The notes under the pieces are model-generated. The model was not told where the DNA came from. It saw only the letters and a list, made by a program, of their open reading frames with translations, and made no database searches. A stretch of 63,263 bases of DNA, filler included, from Sphacelaria rigidula (taxonomy: Eukaryota): NCBI GenBank assembly GCA_964200075.2. It is 4 parts of 4 records of this genome, joined end to end, with 100 filler letters (N's around TTAATTAATTAA, not from the genome) between each part and the next. Parts side by side here need not be neighbours in the genome. Positions count along the whole stretch, not along the records: positions 47,529 to 63,263 come from CAXNAA020001618.1; 3 more parts are not named here. One strand, 5' to 3'. Position numbers and translations under genes: made by a program. Of this stretch, positions 52,481-63,263 are shown piece after piece; position 1 is the first letter of the stretch; the number at the start of each line of letters is the position of its first letter.

Positions 52481-53379
52481 GGAATTTCAGCGAGTAGTAT
52501 AAACAGCGTCATATCGACATTACTCGCATAATCGATCATGATTTCCATCGTAGCGGCTGGTACGCTAGCCTACATGGTTGCCTCCTCCCATATTTTGGTC
52601 GAAATGCTGCAACTGACCGCGCGTCTTGAATAAAAACGTACGATCGTGCACTACTAGTGTTAAGTATTTTAAGCACCAGCACAGCAGTATAGCAGTAGTA
52701 CAGTGGTATATACTGTTCTAGTATATATTTTCTCACTGAAAAACACATGAAAATGACCATTTCTTAAAATTCAAATAATAATAATCTGACCGACAGCGTG
52801 TGGGTGGTCTGATTGCTGAAAGACGTGACCTATAAGCACCAAACACGACACACAACACACAGCACAAGACACTCGACACACAACACGTACTGTACTAGGT
52901 GCAGAACAGCAGCACAATATACCATGACAAACAACGCCAGTAATGACGAAATAGAGAACTTCGCCTTTGTCGATACGTCAGTCCCGTGGACGATGAGGGG
53001 GATTACACACGTCATGACAACCACCACGGGAACGGAAACGGCCATGACAGAGCGAAAAAAAAGGAAGAGTAAAGAAGCAGCGCACCCACATCACGCAACA
53101 CTATCAGCAGCAAATACACTAGTACCACGGTCAAGTAGCCAAGTGTGTAGAGCACAGGGCATCGCGATCTGCGTTCATTTGAGGTGCTTGAGGAACTAAC
53201 GAAGAGGAGGTACTCAGTGTAAAAGATATATGGTACACGATTTTCTTGAACCGTCAAAAGGTGCGCCGCTATTTAACGCAGATACTTCCTGCAAACACGA
53301 TGGATACAAAGTGCATCATACAGATTCGGGACAAGTTGTACTTTCGTTCCGTTCATGACGTCTTCCACCACCGTTGTGT

Positions 53380-56300
53380 GTAACATGGTGTGAAATCATA
53401 GTTTGCTTGTCTGAGTGACGTCGAAGTATCAAGCAGGATATTTGCTGGAGTAGACGTGGTGCCATTATGTGTCGCAGTAAGATATTCTAGTAGAGTAACT
53501 AGGCCACGTGAGCTGAAGTAGATGTAGTGCATAAGATTGCCTGGTTCGAAGAAAAAAGCGAACAAGACTACCGCGTCGGCAGCAGCGACTCAGGTGAATG
53601 AGTCAACTCAGTTTATCGTGCATGTGCAGAATTTGTTTTTGTCCCAGGAAGTGATAGCGCCGTGGTTCGATCTCGACCGCCACCGCTCTCACTTTCCCAG
53701 CTTACCCAGCTTTCCTTCAGCTGCCTGCATGAAAAAGCGACTGTTTGATTCTGTTTTGGCCTGGAAGCGCCACCGAAAACGATCCGACTTTTCTTCTCTT
53801 TCGCGGCACGTCGCAAGTAAGCTCCACAGCCACTGTGCAACCTGTCAGTCTGTCTCGTGACAATGCGCCACACGAGCCTAGACTTTCAACGGGTCATCAG
53901 CCTTCGATTCGCGACTACCTAGGTCAGCACCAGAGGGGGGACGTCTCATCAAGGTCGTTACAGCAACGACAGCAAAATCAACACACCAGACGTTCTCGGA
54001 AGATCAACAGGTGTTGAGAGAAATTTTCACGAACGACTTACGGCAGATGAATAATTCGGGAGAGACATCTGTAACTCAGCTCATAAAGAGCATAAACAAG
54101 TTCGACGGTACGAAGCTCATCGAGTGGATGCGCTCTACGCGCGCCGTCATTTTTCCGACTCATCCAGGGATTACTGGTACCCACTACAGGGTTGAACGCC
54201 CCAGGGGAATTTATGAAGAGGACTTTTTAAAGCGGTAGATCCGCCACAACCAGCGGCTGGATCGACACCGAGAGCAAGCTCCATCGGGACTCGTTCCGAC
54301 AGCCGTCAGCAGCCGTCCAGTCGTACGCGTTCACCACGACGAGCAAGGCGACAGAGGCGGCGGGTGAGACTGCAACTAGTAATCAAGTCCATCACCTTGC
54401 CGGAGGAGTGGCTGGTCATCCCAGCCCGGCATCGCATGTGAGGCCAATTTCCAACACACGTGAAAAACAAATTATGCCGATGTAACGAACAGTTGTTCAA
54501 CGTCTTGTATCTGTCGTTAAGCGGTTCAGCGGCAAACGTTTTTCGCGTTCCCAGCCGAGGGGATCCGAGAAACCAAACGGCTCACGTGCGTGGGAAGGTT
54601 TGCTATCTAGATATGAAAAAATCTTGAAAGCGAAGACTTTGTCTTTAAACGAGACAACCGGACAACATCCTCATATCGCCAGGACAAGATCCTGATATAA
54701 TGCGTGCGCACATGTACCAGGTCAGAGATGAGGATGGACATAATCAGTGAAGGTCTCACCAGCGATTATGATCAGATCAAGTATAACATAGAATAGACAG
54801 TGCGCAACAAGTCCTCAAACCGCATGGCGCGTAAAGTCACTCGTAAAAGATCGCAAGGTCGTGATTCAGCAGCATTCGGGGCATCGCTGCCAGGCCTTGA
54901 CTCCTCCTGCGGTCGCAAAAAAAAACAGAATACTGCTTTTTCGCGCACATGTTGGTTTTTCTGGTGTGGTCGATTTCCTTGTCCTTATAGGCAGAGCACG
55001 CCAGCTTGCCGTTTTCCAACCGAACGGGGCCGTTGTTCGGGTACTCGGTGAGGAGTAGCACCGCACTCATCTCTGCTGCTGCTCCTGCTATGCTCTCCCT
55101 CGTCGTCATCCTATAAGTGACGAGCGGGTTCGTTTTTGTGCAGGAACCACCACTGTGTGTCGTGCGTACTGTAGTAGTGTGTGCGTGTGTGGGCGGACTG
55201 CTGTATGTTATATATTGCTGCTGGGCAGCTGCAGATGAGAACATGAGAAGGTTCGGGGAGTAGGAGGAGGAAGAAGAGGAAAAGTAGTAGATGAAAGATT
55301 AAGGAGGGAGGATAAAAACGACAGCAGAGGTTTCAGGGACCACGTCGGTGTTTTTGTTTTTCGAGGTACCGACGGCGAGGGTTGCGGAGTTGACTTTCCA
55401 AGTATCGATGTGCTTTGTCATCTAGTTCGGGAGACCTCTTTCCATTTATTTGTTACAGTTTTTCGAACTTATTCATGTGGGAGAAAACCGTTTGTTCCGT
55501 ATGCGAAGGTCCTCGCGAGGTCCACAGGACGGGGTGACAAATACTCGAAGTATTTACATTTTTCTCCATGGTGCATGTAGTAACGCGTACTGGTACAAGA
55601 CTAGAAACACGACACATGACAAAAATGTCGCCGAGAAATATATGCGAAACATGAGATACGCCAAAGAAATGTACCGTAAGGTCGTAATTTTCAACATGAG
55701 GGGCGAAAAGAAAAATAGGGTCGGAAAACAACTTGAGGGGCCGAAAGAGGGGAGGGGGGCGCAGGAAAAAGAAAAAAAGGCGCAGAAGAAAAGCAGAAAA
55801 ACACAGGAAAACAAAAAGCGCGTAGAAAGAGCAAAACGAAAAAGCAGATGGAGTCAAGGCCTAATCGCTGCCGTAGTCTTGGAATGACTCTTCGAAATTT
55901 CGTGGAAAATGTTACTCCTGCGACATATCAGGCCATCAAATGCGCGACTGTTCGCGAGGAGACCTGTACAATCGTGCAGTTTTCATCAAACTGACGAACA
56001 TGACTCCGAGTGTAGAGATCAACTGAACAACGGGAAACATAAAGAGCAACACCCCGAACAACAACGATTATCACCGTCGCAGCAGCCCCCATCACGGCAA
56101 CTACAAGCGAAGCAACAGCAGCTTCCGCAACAACAGCAACAATACCACCAACAACATCAGCAGCAAGGACTTCGACGCACATCGACGCCAAGCTAACAGT
56201 GCCACCACCCACCCTGCATCTGCGACCGTACCATCAAACAACCATGTTCAACAACTCTCCACACCTCCAGCTTCAACAGTGACCGATACGTCTCCACCAA

Positions 56301-57010
56301 CAAACAGCATGGGATTCATCTTTGTTTCTGGTTCACACGTCACTGATAACCATTGTACACCCCACCAAAGTCCCTTCAAAAAGCAGGTGGACAGTGGCTT
56401 TACTGGGCACTTCATCGACAACCGGTTTTGTTGCCCGACATCGAACAAGAAATGGTCGACTATGTGAAGCTTGATGCTCCCATGAGTATCCGTACTGCCG
56501 GACATCATGTACTACATGGTACCGGAAAAGGCGTTATCTACACCATCATCACTGACTCTGAAGGGAACCAGCGCTTTGTTCGGCTTCCAGCCATGATTGT
56601 CCCAGGTCTGAGGAAACATCTCTTCTCGTCTGTCAAACTTCTCGACTGTAAGGTGTTTTAACCATATTTGTCGCTAACTCCGACCTAGGCCTTGAAGACT
56701 CAAAGTGACAACCAGCAGTGATTGCAACGGAACACTCCACTATATCAGTCTGAAGATTGTTCACAAACCGGGCAGCCTCAACAACAGCTCGCCGCTCCCA
56801 GCTACCGTTGTATCAGGGGACCTCATGGGCGCCGGTACTGCTCTTGTAGCGGAAATAGCTGTTGGATGCCTCAAGACTCGACAGATTTCTTCATCACGGT
56901 GGGCGAAGACGCCTGGCATGAGCGACTCGGACATCCCACTGAACAGGTCATGCGCCGTCTTCCAAATATTCCCGACTCAGGTGTTTATTCTGAAGGTTCG
57001 CTGTGAAACC
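53380..57010 (+). mobile_element. Decayed Ty1/copia element (LTR-like part, PBS-like site, gag, protease, GAG-pre-integrase), interrupted by an insertion at about 54790-55900
   Basis: PBS-like GGTCATCAGCC at 53892-53902. Gag-like KFDGTKLIEWMR and NEQLFNVLYLSLSGSAA...AWEGLLSRYE. Knuckle-like CSFHQTDEH. Protease VDSGFTGHF, then IVPGLRKHLFS and WHERLGH...CETCK. Confidence 0.8.
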
Positions 57011-57019
57011 TGCAAGACT

Positions 57020-57300
57020 CACACCTGACTCAGGAATACATTGAAGACGGCGCGTGACCTGTTCAGTGGGATGTCCGAGTCCCTTGCCAGACGCCTGCTC
57101 CCACCGTGGTGAAAAAAAGCTGTCGAAGCTTGCGTTCTCATGCCTTGAGCTCTTTCCGCCACGAGAGCAGTACCTGCGCCCAGAAGCTCCCGTGACACAA
57201 CGGTAGCCACGGTTGCCGTGACGGCCCAGCTGTTGCTGAGGGTGCCCGATTTCTGAACAATCTTCGTACTCAAGTAGTGGAGCGTTCAGTCGCAACTAGC
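57020..57300 (-). mobile_element. Inverted, diverged copy of the copia pre-integrase segment 56720-56990
   Basis: Both arms translate to similar peptides (EDCS...QQQL...RRYCS...GHPTEQV.RRL..IP.SGV) on opposite strands. Confidence 0.8.
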
Positions 57301-57310
57301 TTGAGTTGAC

Positions 57311-57878
57311 TGTTGTTGGAAACTGAGGGTACAGTGCAACTGGTATAACAGTACGATGTGTGTCGTTCTGTTTGATTGCCGCGTGGGGAGTACTCTGTCT
57401 CTCCTGCGACATTCCGTTCACGGGAGGATGTTGCGAATCTAGATGATGCAGTCTATATTCATCGCTTTCAAACGAAGGCTTCGAAGTAAATAGCGACACA
57501 ACTCGACACGGTTCAAGGAAGCCATGTACCATGTACAGGGTAACTTACAGTTCGCCTGTCTGAGGGACGTATCAAGCACGAGTAGACGTGCTCCCATGAT
57601 TTGCCGCAGTACGATAATCTAGCAGAGTAACTACGCCACATAAGCCAAGGTAGATCAAGTGTACAAGATCGCGGTAGATCCAAGTGTCGAAACACGATTC
57701 ATGTACGCGTATGCCCGAAGATCGAAAATTTGAGTTGCATAAATGTGGGTGAGCGTGTCCGGCATCCGAGGTAATCGGGACAGAGTGGGCAAGGAGCATA
57801 AGCGATCAGACGAACCTCGCTAAGTCCACCAGACTTTTCGGTATTTGTTCGTGTTTCGTGGTCAATTGGTTGCAACAA
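57311..57878 (+). repeat. LTR-like sequence (TGTTG...CAACA), partly similar to 53380-53540
   Basis: Shared direct-repeat blocks tgtctgag..gacgt..tatcaagca..gagtagacgtg..cgcagta.gata.tctag.agagtaacta.gccac at about 53400-53510 and 57550-57640. Confidence 0.5.
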
Positions 57879-58089
57879 TACTATTTATAGCAAGTGCGGT
57901 CACTGTGCAGATGAGATGGCTTTTTTGTTGTTTTGGGGGCTTTTGGAAATAATATATTAATGAATGTTCAACATGTTTTTTGGGGGTTTTGGTGTAGAGT
58001 GGTTGGGGTCAGATTATCATCTTTTCAAAAAGGAAACACAATACGGATCGAAAAATAATTCGACAGCTTGGCAAGTTTCGCAAAATCAG

Positions 58090-58170
58090 GCCGGTATACC
58101 CGCCAAGGTAATTTCCATCATCCGCCAATTCCATGACGCCATGCGGGCATACGTACGCCTGGACAGTCAC
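58090..58170 (+). mobile_element. Short LINE reverse-transcriptase fragment
   Basis: GIPAKVISIIRQFHDAMRAYVRLDS aligns with GAPSRMITIIRMFHAGMRARLQLDS in the LINE at about 21360-21425. Confidence 0.7.
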
Positions 58171-58326
58171 GATAATGCCATGTGGTAGTACATGATGGTA
58201 CAGTCGGTATTGCGAGAACAGTGCACAGAGTGCGACGAGAGTTCACGAGTGCAGTGTCATTCACCACCCTGCAAGTACCGCGACAGCAGAATGTAGGATA
58301 GTACAGTACCGTTCGTTATGATGATA

Positions 58327-59158
58327 CGGTAGTCAGCGTCAGAAGTATGCAGAATTCGTAATTCCCTAGTTTCCCAAAGATTTTCCAAACTTGTTTCGCT
58401 TGCCACCGCTCATCACAGTGACTGTTGGATGCCAAAAAATGGACATCTGGAAATATTTTGATCCTCTCGACAAATTTTGGAAGAAAACTATCTGCGATCA
58501 CTATTGAATGACTCACGGGCCGACTCGATCCCGATTATACAAGTGGAGACTCAAGAAGGATTATTCTTTATAATTTTCACCTATTCACTGCGCTAAAGCC
58601 AGAAAACTATGTTTGTTGGACCATTCATGGTCAATAGCACCCCTCTGATAAACGGGGTATCTAGTCCGTCTCGCCCCCACATGAACTTGGGTATTGTGAT
58701 TTGAGCGCGGTCTGCTTACTGTGCCAAAACCATCGACTTTAGCACTTTCCAGTCCTCATGGAAAATGTCATGCGAAAAAACCCCGAAAAGAGGCAATCCG
58801 CAGAAAATGCTAGACTGAGGTCTATGCAGTGTAGGAGGGAAACACGATCTCGATCGTTTCTGTAAAGAATTGTATATGTTTTCATTTATCTGGTTATTTA
58901 CTGTTGCGTTGCGGAAGAGCCGGAAAACTGTTTTTGTTGGACAAAAAACATTCAATTACACCCTCCTAATGAACGGGATATCTAGTCCGTATCGCCCCGA
59001 AAACACCGACTCAGGCACTGCAGTTTGAGCGCGGCCTACGTTTTCCCCCCAAATCTACCGGCGCAAGCACTTTCAACTAGTAATGAATAATAGAACTCGA
59101 GAAAAACTCAAAAAGTACAACAACTGCGAATTCGGAAAACTTCTGATGCTGACTACTT
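58327..59158. mobile_element. Non-autonomous TIR element with TA flanks (Tc1/mariner-like); another left end at 15677-15743
   Basis: TA|CGGTAGTCAGCGTCAGAAGT...ACTTCTGATGCTGACTACTT|TA. Internal direct repeat at about 58640-58750 and 58960-59080. The same TIR follows a TA at 15677. Confidence 0.7.
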
Positions 59159-60684
59159 TACATACAGCAGCACAGTGCAGCATAAAATTTTGCCCTCACC
59201 GCAGGTACGACATCAACACTTCACCTCTCCGCTTGTCGAGCCCCGTGCGGAGCTGCTCCAGCAGCCGGCACTCGCAGGCACTGTCTGTGCTGTCGAGACT
59301 ATCTGCTGCTGTTATTGCAAAAATACCAAACGCCTGTTACCCTATGTACGTCAACATACGTACGTCAGTTGCTACAGATTCGGGAGACCTCGATTTGCCA
59401 CGGATCTGCGCTCGGATTCGTGTAAAACCGTTCTCAAATCGTGACAAACGCATCTGGGCTTCCCCGATTTGGCCCAAATCGGGATGCATACAATGCGTTT
59501 CCGGATCTGAGGTCCCCCGGTTTGCCTACAGATCCGTTTTTGTGACTGCCATACAAAGTGGTCTCACACGTTAAAAAGGTAGAAGGTGTACATTCTAGTC
59601 AGGTACTGCACAATGACGGAGTATAACACCCCCTGCTATAATATTCAAGGTCAATTTTCTTCAGAAGGCGAATATTGCATTCTCGAATGACTCCGTTTGC
59701 ATCAATTCCTTATCGAGGCACTCATGATGCGTTGGGGGTGGCGGCCAAGTCGCCGCACTCTCGAGTAAATTGAGGTTCCAACTGTTTAATACGGGGAAGA
59801 GCTGACACTTTATGGGCGTACCTCATTGGTGAGAGATTTTTCTCGCAAAAAAGCGATCTGCTTTTCCAATGGCGCATCCTTAACCTTTGGATGGCGCAGG
59901 AACATAACGGCTCGCTTCACCATATCCTTCCGTATGGTCGACATCTTTACCTGTGCTGTGCACTGCACAGTGCAGCACTGTCTTCAGGTGTGCGTGCGCT
60001 AAGAGATATACTTTCACCCAGATTTGTTGAGGCAGTTCCCGTAGATCCTCTAACCCGAACTCACATCACCGCACGTAACATACTACTATCGACAATGGCT
60101 GGCGCCAGGTGAGCTATATACCCATACCTTTCATTTACCCCACACAGTGGAGTGTTATGCATCAGTAGAATGAACGTGCCGCACAGAAAATAACGTCCAG
60201 AGTTGCATGGACGGAAGCGAACAAGGGTCGAAGGGTGATACATGTGTCAAGAGCATGTCTCGTCAGTTGTGCGCTGACTGTACCGTTCGATACTGTGCGA
60301 ATCTGATGTCGGACCGCGCGAGCATGTGCAGCGAACTTGAAGAGAGAAGGTATCCCTACAACTGACAAACTCCCGCAAAACATTCGAGGGAAGCTTCTCG
60401 TCTTTGCCTGAGCTAGCGTTCGGGTTCTGCTCTGCAGAGATCATGACCACCACTGAGCAATAAACATGACAAGCGTTTGCTTATTCCGCCGCGTTTTTGA
60501 CCCGGGGCAGAGGATCCTGCTCCTCCATCATGATGCTGCATCTTACCACCGTACACCGCACACACATTTGTGCCATGTTTCCAGCTGATCCCACATGTTT
60601 CCCGCTGACTCCGGATGGGGAAAAACGCTCGACTGAGCTTTCCATCCGCACTATTTTCGAAATATGACAGAGAAAGTTACTCAA

Positions 60685-60782
60685 CCCTTAGACCGCGAGA
60701 TTGGTCTTTTTGGATCATGCATATGTTTTTTCACTTGAAATTGATGCCGATTGAACAGAAGACTAACCTCGCGGTCTAAGGG
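60685..60782. mobile_element. 98-bp piggyBac-like MITE
   Basis: TCAA|CCCTTAGACCGCGAG ... CTCGCGGTCTAAGGG|TTAA: perfect 15-bp TIR beginning CCC, TTAA-like target site. Confidence 0.75.
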
Positions 60783-60901
60783 TTAAGTGTTGGTAGGGTG
60801 GTGTGAACGACCGTACCCTGTCATGTTTTTTGTTCCGAGAGTCTGACGAAGTAACTATCATAATCACTACACGGGGAGTATTGTAAGATGTTTCCTTTGT
60901 A

Positions 60902-61259
60902 TGTGTGTGTGTTGTCTCATCTATTCTGGATGCCAGTCTACACCTTTCGCTATATGTGGGCGAATCAGCCAGGGTCGCACACGAGGAAGGTCAGCATAGG
61001 GAGTTTTGTTTTATTTTACTTTTAGTACCCCACCTTCTTTCTGCGATGCTTTCATTTCTATCGCGAGAATGGCTCGGCGGTCCCCTTCCCTCGTCAACTG
61101 TGAAGCCGAATTTCGTGTACTGTACCGACGTCATGGTCGTTCTCCACTGTTGGGCAAATTACGAGAAAAAATGAAGATCATCCCACGTCACCGAGATTCG
61201 AACCCACCTCTCGCCCGTCAGAGGGTTTCGAGGTTACCAACTGGGCCATTGGGGCCACC
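60902..61259 (-). mobile_element. tRNA-derived SINE, family A, copy 2
   Basis: A box TGGCCCAGTTGG, B box GGTTCGAATC, (CA)n tail; colinear with 14075-14432. Confidence 0.85.
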
Positions 61260-61876
61260 ATAATTTTATCGTATTTTGAAGAACAGTCTGAAAAAAGTAT
61301 AGTCCGTAGGCGTAGAAATCAGCGCAATGTGTGATCATTGAAAGTCCCAATTTTGGCGCTTTGGCGTCTTTTTCATTTGCCAAAGTGTAATATCTGGGCG
61401 GGTTCTCCCGATTGGGAATGACTTGCTGTATACTCTGAGAGGGTTTCAGCCCACTTCGCCGTTTTTTCGCGCGCGCTGGTTGACTCCCCAAAGAATTGGG
61501 TTTTCCTTTTCTAGCTTTTTACCGTTTTACGGGGGTCCGGCTGGATTGAAGTTTCCCCGATAAACCTAGGACCCCCGAAAAACGGAGAAAAAGTCAAAAG
61601 TGAAGAAGGAAAAACTTGACCTTCGAAAGTTGGGTAATGACCCGCAGAACATTTGTGCAAAATTTCAGGGTCTAACTCCTTAAAACGGGGTGAGGTCCAT
61701 ACGTGTTTTTTTGGTGATGAGCGTGAACCAGCAGCCCGTTTGTTTTCCATGCTCAACTTCTGCTCTCGAGTCTCTGCTTCGCGCGCCCGTGTTTTGCCCA
61801 AGCTGCAACAACGATTTGATGCCGAGAGCGATCAAGCACGACGCCGGCCGAGGTCGACACGGCATGATATGCTCGC

Positions 61877-62029
61877 ATGTATTCGTCCTCTGTTTCCCTT
61901 GTGCGTTCGTACAGACGTTCCCTGCTGCACGTGGTGCTAGCCGTCGCGGCCGCCAGATGTACGCAAGCGTTCGTGGGAACAGGTACTAGGCTAGTGCGGG
62001 GAGGACAGGCTTCCGCAGCGACCCGAAAG
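61877..62029 (+). CDS. Probable first exon of a plastid-targeted protein (bipartite signal peptide + transit peptide)
   Basis: Reads MYSSSVSLVRSYRRSLLHVVLAVAAARCTQA|FVGTGTRLVRGGQASAATRK, followed by an AAG|gtgggt donor. A hydrophobic stretch followed by A|F resembles the stramenopile ASAFAP cleavage motif, and the downstream part is basic with no acidic residues. Confidence 0.5.
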
Positions 62030-62425
62030 GTGGGTGAATGTTGGAGAGTTGCAAGGTTGTGTTGTTCGGGGTATACAGCACCGGCCGAAATTCGGCTATC
62101 TCCAGAAGAACAAAAGAGGTACAGTATTCTGTCGGTCAATAAATAGTAGGTGCGACTCCTCTCAGGCAGTGACCCACTCTCTTCCGTAGTCAATGTATGC
62201 CCCCTGCATGCACCGAGGGTGAGGGCGGGTTTCACAGTGAAATCCGCACAACAACAGAAGCAAGTTACTTCACCCAAGCAACGCTAACGACCGAAGCATT
62301 CAAGTACTCGTCGGCGTGCCTGTGCATATATATCCATTTACCTGGATTTGAGTGACCGGAGTCGTTTCAACCACACGTATTTGCGAAAACATGATCATAG
62401 TTTTGCTGACTCTGAATAATATATA

Positions 62426-62553
62426 TGGTCAACAGTTGCGAGAGACGAAAATGTACTGCGTGAAGAATGCTGCAACTATTGTCGACCGACGATACTTCCA
62501 GTAGGCTAATACTTTACGCAGTACATTTTTCATTCGTAAATACTGACCATATA
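62426..62553. repeat. Small hairpin/MITE-like inverted repeat
   Basis: atatggtca...aaaatgtactgcgtgaag versus ctttacgcagtacatttt...tgaccatat. Confidence 0.6.
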
Positions 62554-63263
62554 ATGTCCAGGATGTGAATATTCGACATGGAGCACCAACGGCCAGAGTT
62601 ATCACCGGAAACGGTTGCCTACATTTTCACCGCCTCCACGCATAATGCTCGAGTCTACCGAAAGGTTTAATACAAACCTGCCGCTGTTCTATCACTGTTG
62701 AACAGAGGCAACGGCTGAAACTAAACAGCAGAGAAAAGCTCGACCCGATAACAGCTGCGACGGTACATGCTCAAAGTCGACATGGGCCATGTATCTACAC
62801 TCGCCACTGTGCACACTTGAAGTCGTTTCACGTACATTTTTCCTAGGTTGCGTATTGATAGGGTATACCCGGAAGTGGGGGACCCTTTTGGTTGGCATAT
62901 TGAATCATACCGAAACGTGCACCGAACATTACCGGTATGATTCGGCAGGATATCGGGCCTTGTTCCGAACAAATCGGTATGGCGCGGAAGCATGTAAGGG
63001 TCGCCTATGCGTGGCTCAGCAACGAACGGGTTTATTTCTAGTATATTTAGACTGACTGGTTTGGTTGATCCGCCTCTTTGTGGGTATTAAAAAACACGGA
63101 TATTCTTGCGTGCACGTTTTTACTTTTTTGCTCTATTTTTATTTCTTCATTCTACTCTGTTCGTTCCCTCCCTCTCTCTAATTTAGCCCCCCCCCCCTGC
63201 TCCGTCTCGAAAGGGGTGCGTGGTCAATGGTCAAACGACTAAGGCAAGCAACAAATGAGTACG

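Noticed and set aside
59988-60109. Plus-strand exon GVRALRDILSPRFVEAVPVDP... with good splice sites
   Set aside because: No partner exons or recognisable homology; cannot be supported.

Overview
Eukaryotic, intron-rich, TE-rich DNA. Gene structure and repeat families suggest a brown alga (Phaeophyceae); this is an inference. The window is four contigs of almost equal length (15,743, 15,743, 15,742 and 15,735 bp) joined by artificial N44-TTAATTAATTAA-N44 linkers, so adjacency across gaps has no biological meaning. The ORF track is mostly uninformative because the genes are spliced. Hand-splicing recovers four genes. (1) A 9-exon HAD-superfamily hydrolase (minus, 8122-15148). (2) An 18-exon, at least 795-aa membrane protein (minus, 31832-46283) that fuses an N-terminal DUF4395-like CxxC domain, a SLAC1/TehA (TDT) anion-channel domain and a C-terminal hemerythrin-like domain lacking most iron-ligating His residues; this is the main discovery candidate. 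(3) The terminal exon of a protein with a Rid2/YoaB-like (YjgF/RidA superfamily) domain (minus, 48828-49442). (4) A probable first exon of a plastid-targeted protein (plus, 61877-62029). The rest is a decayed RTE-type LINE, Ty1/copia remnants, several MITE/foldback families, and two tRNA-derived SINE families that share a hairpin with the LINE start-codon region.
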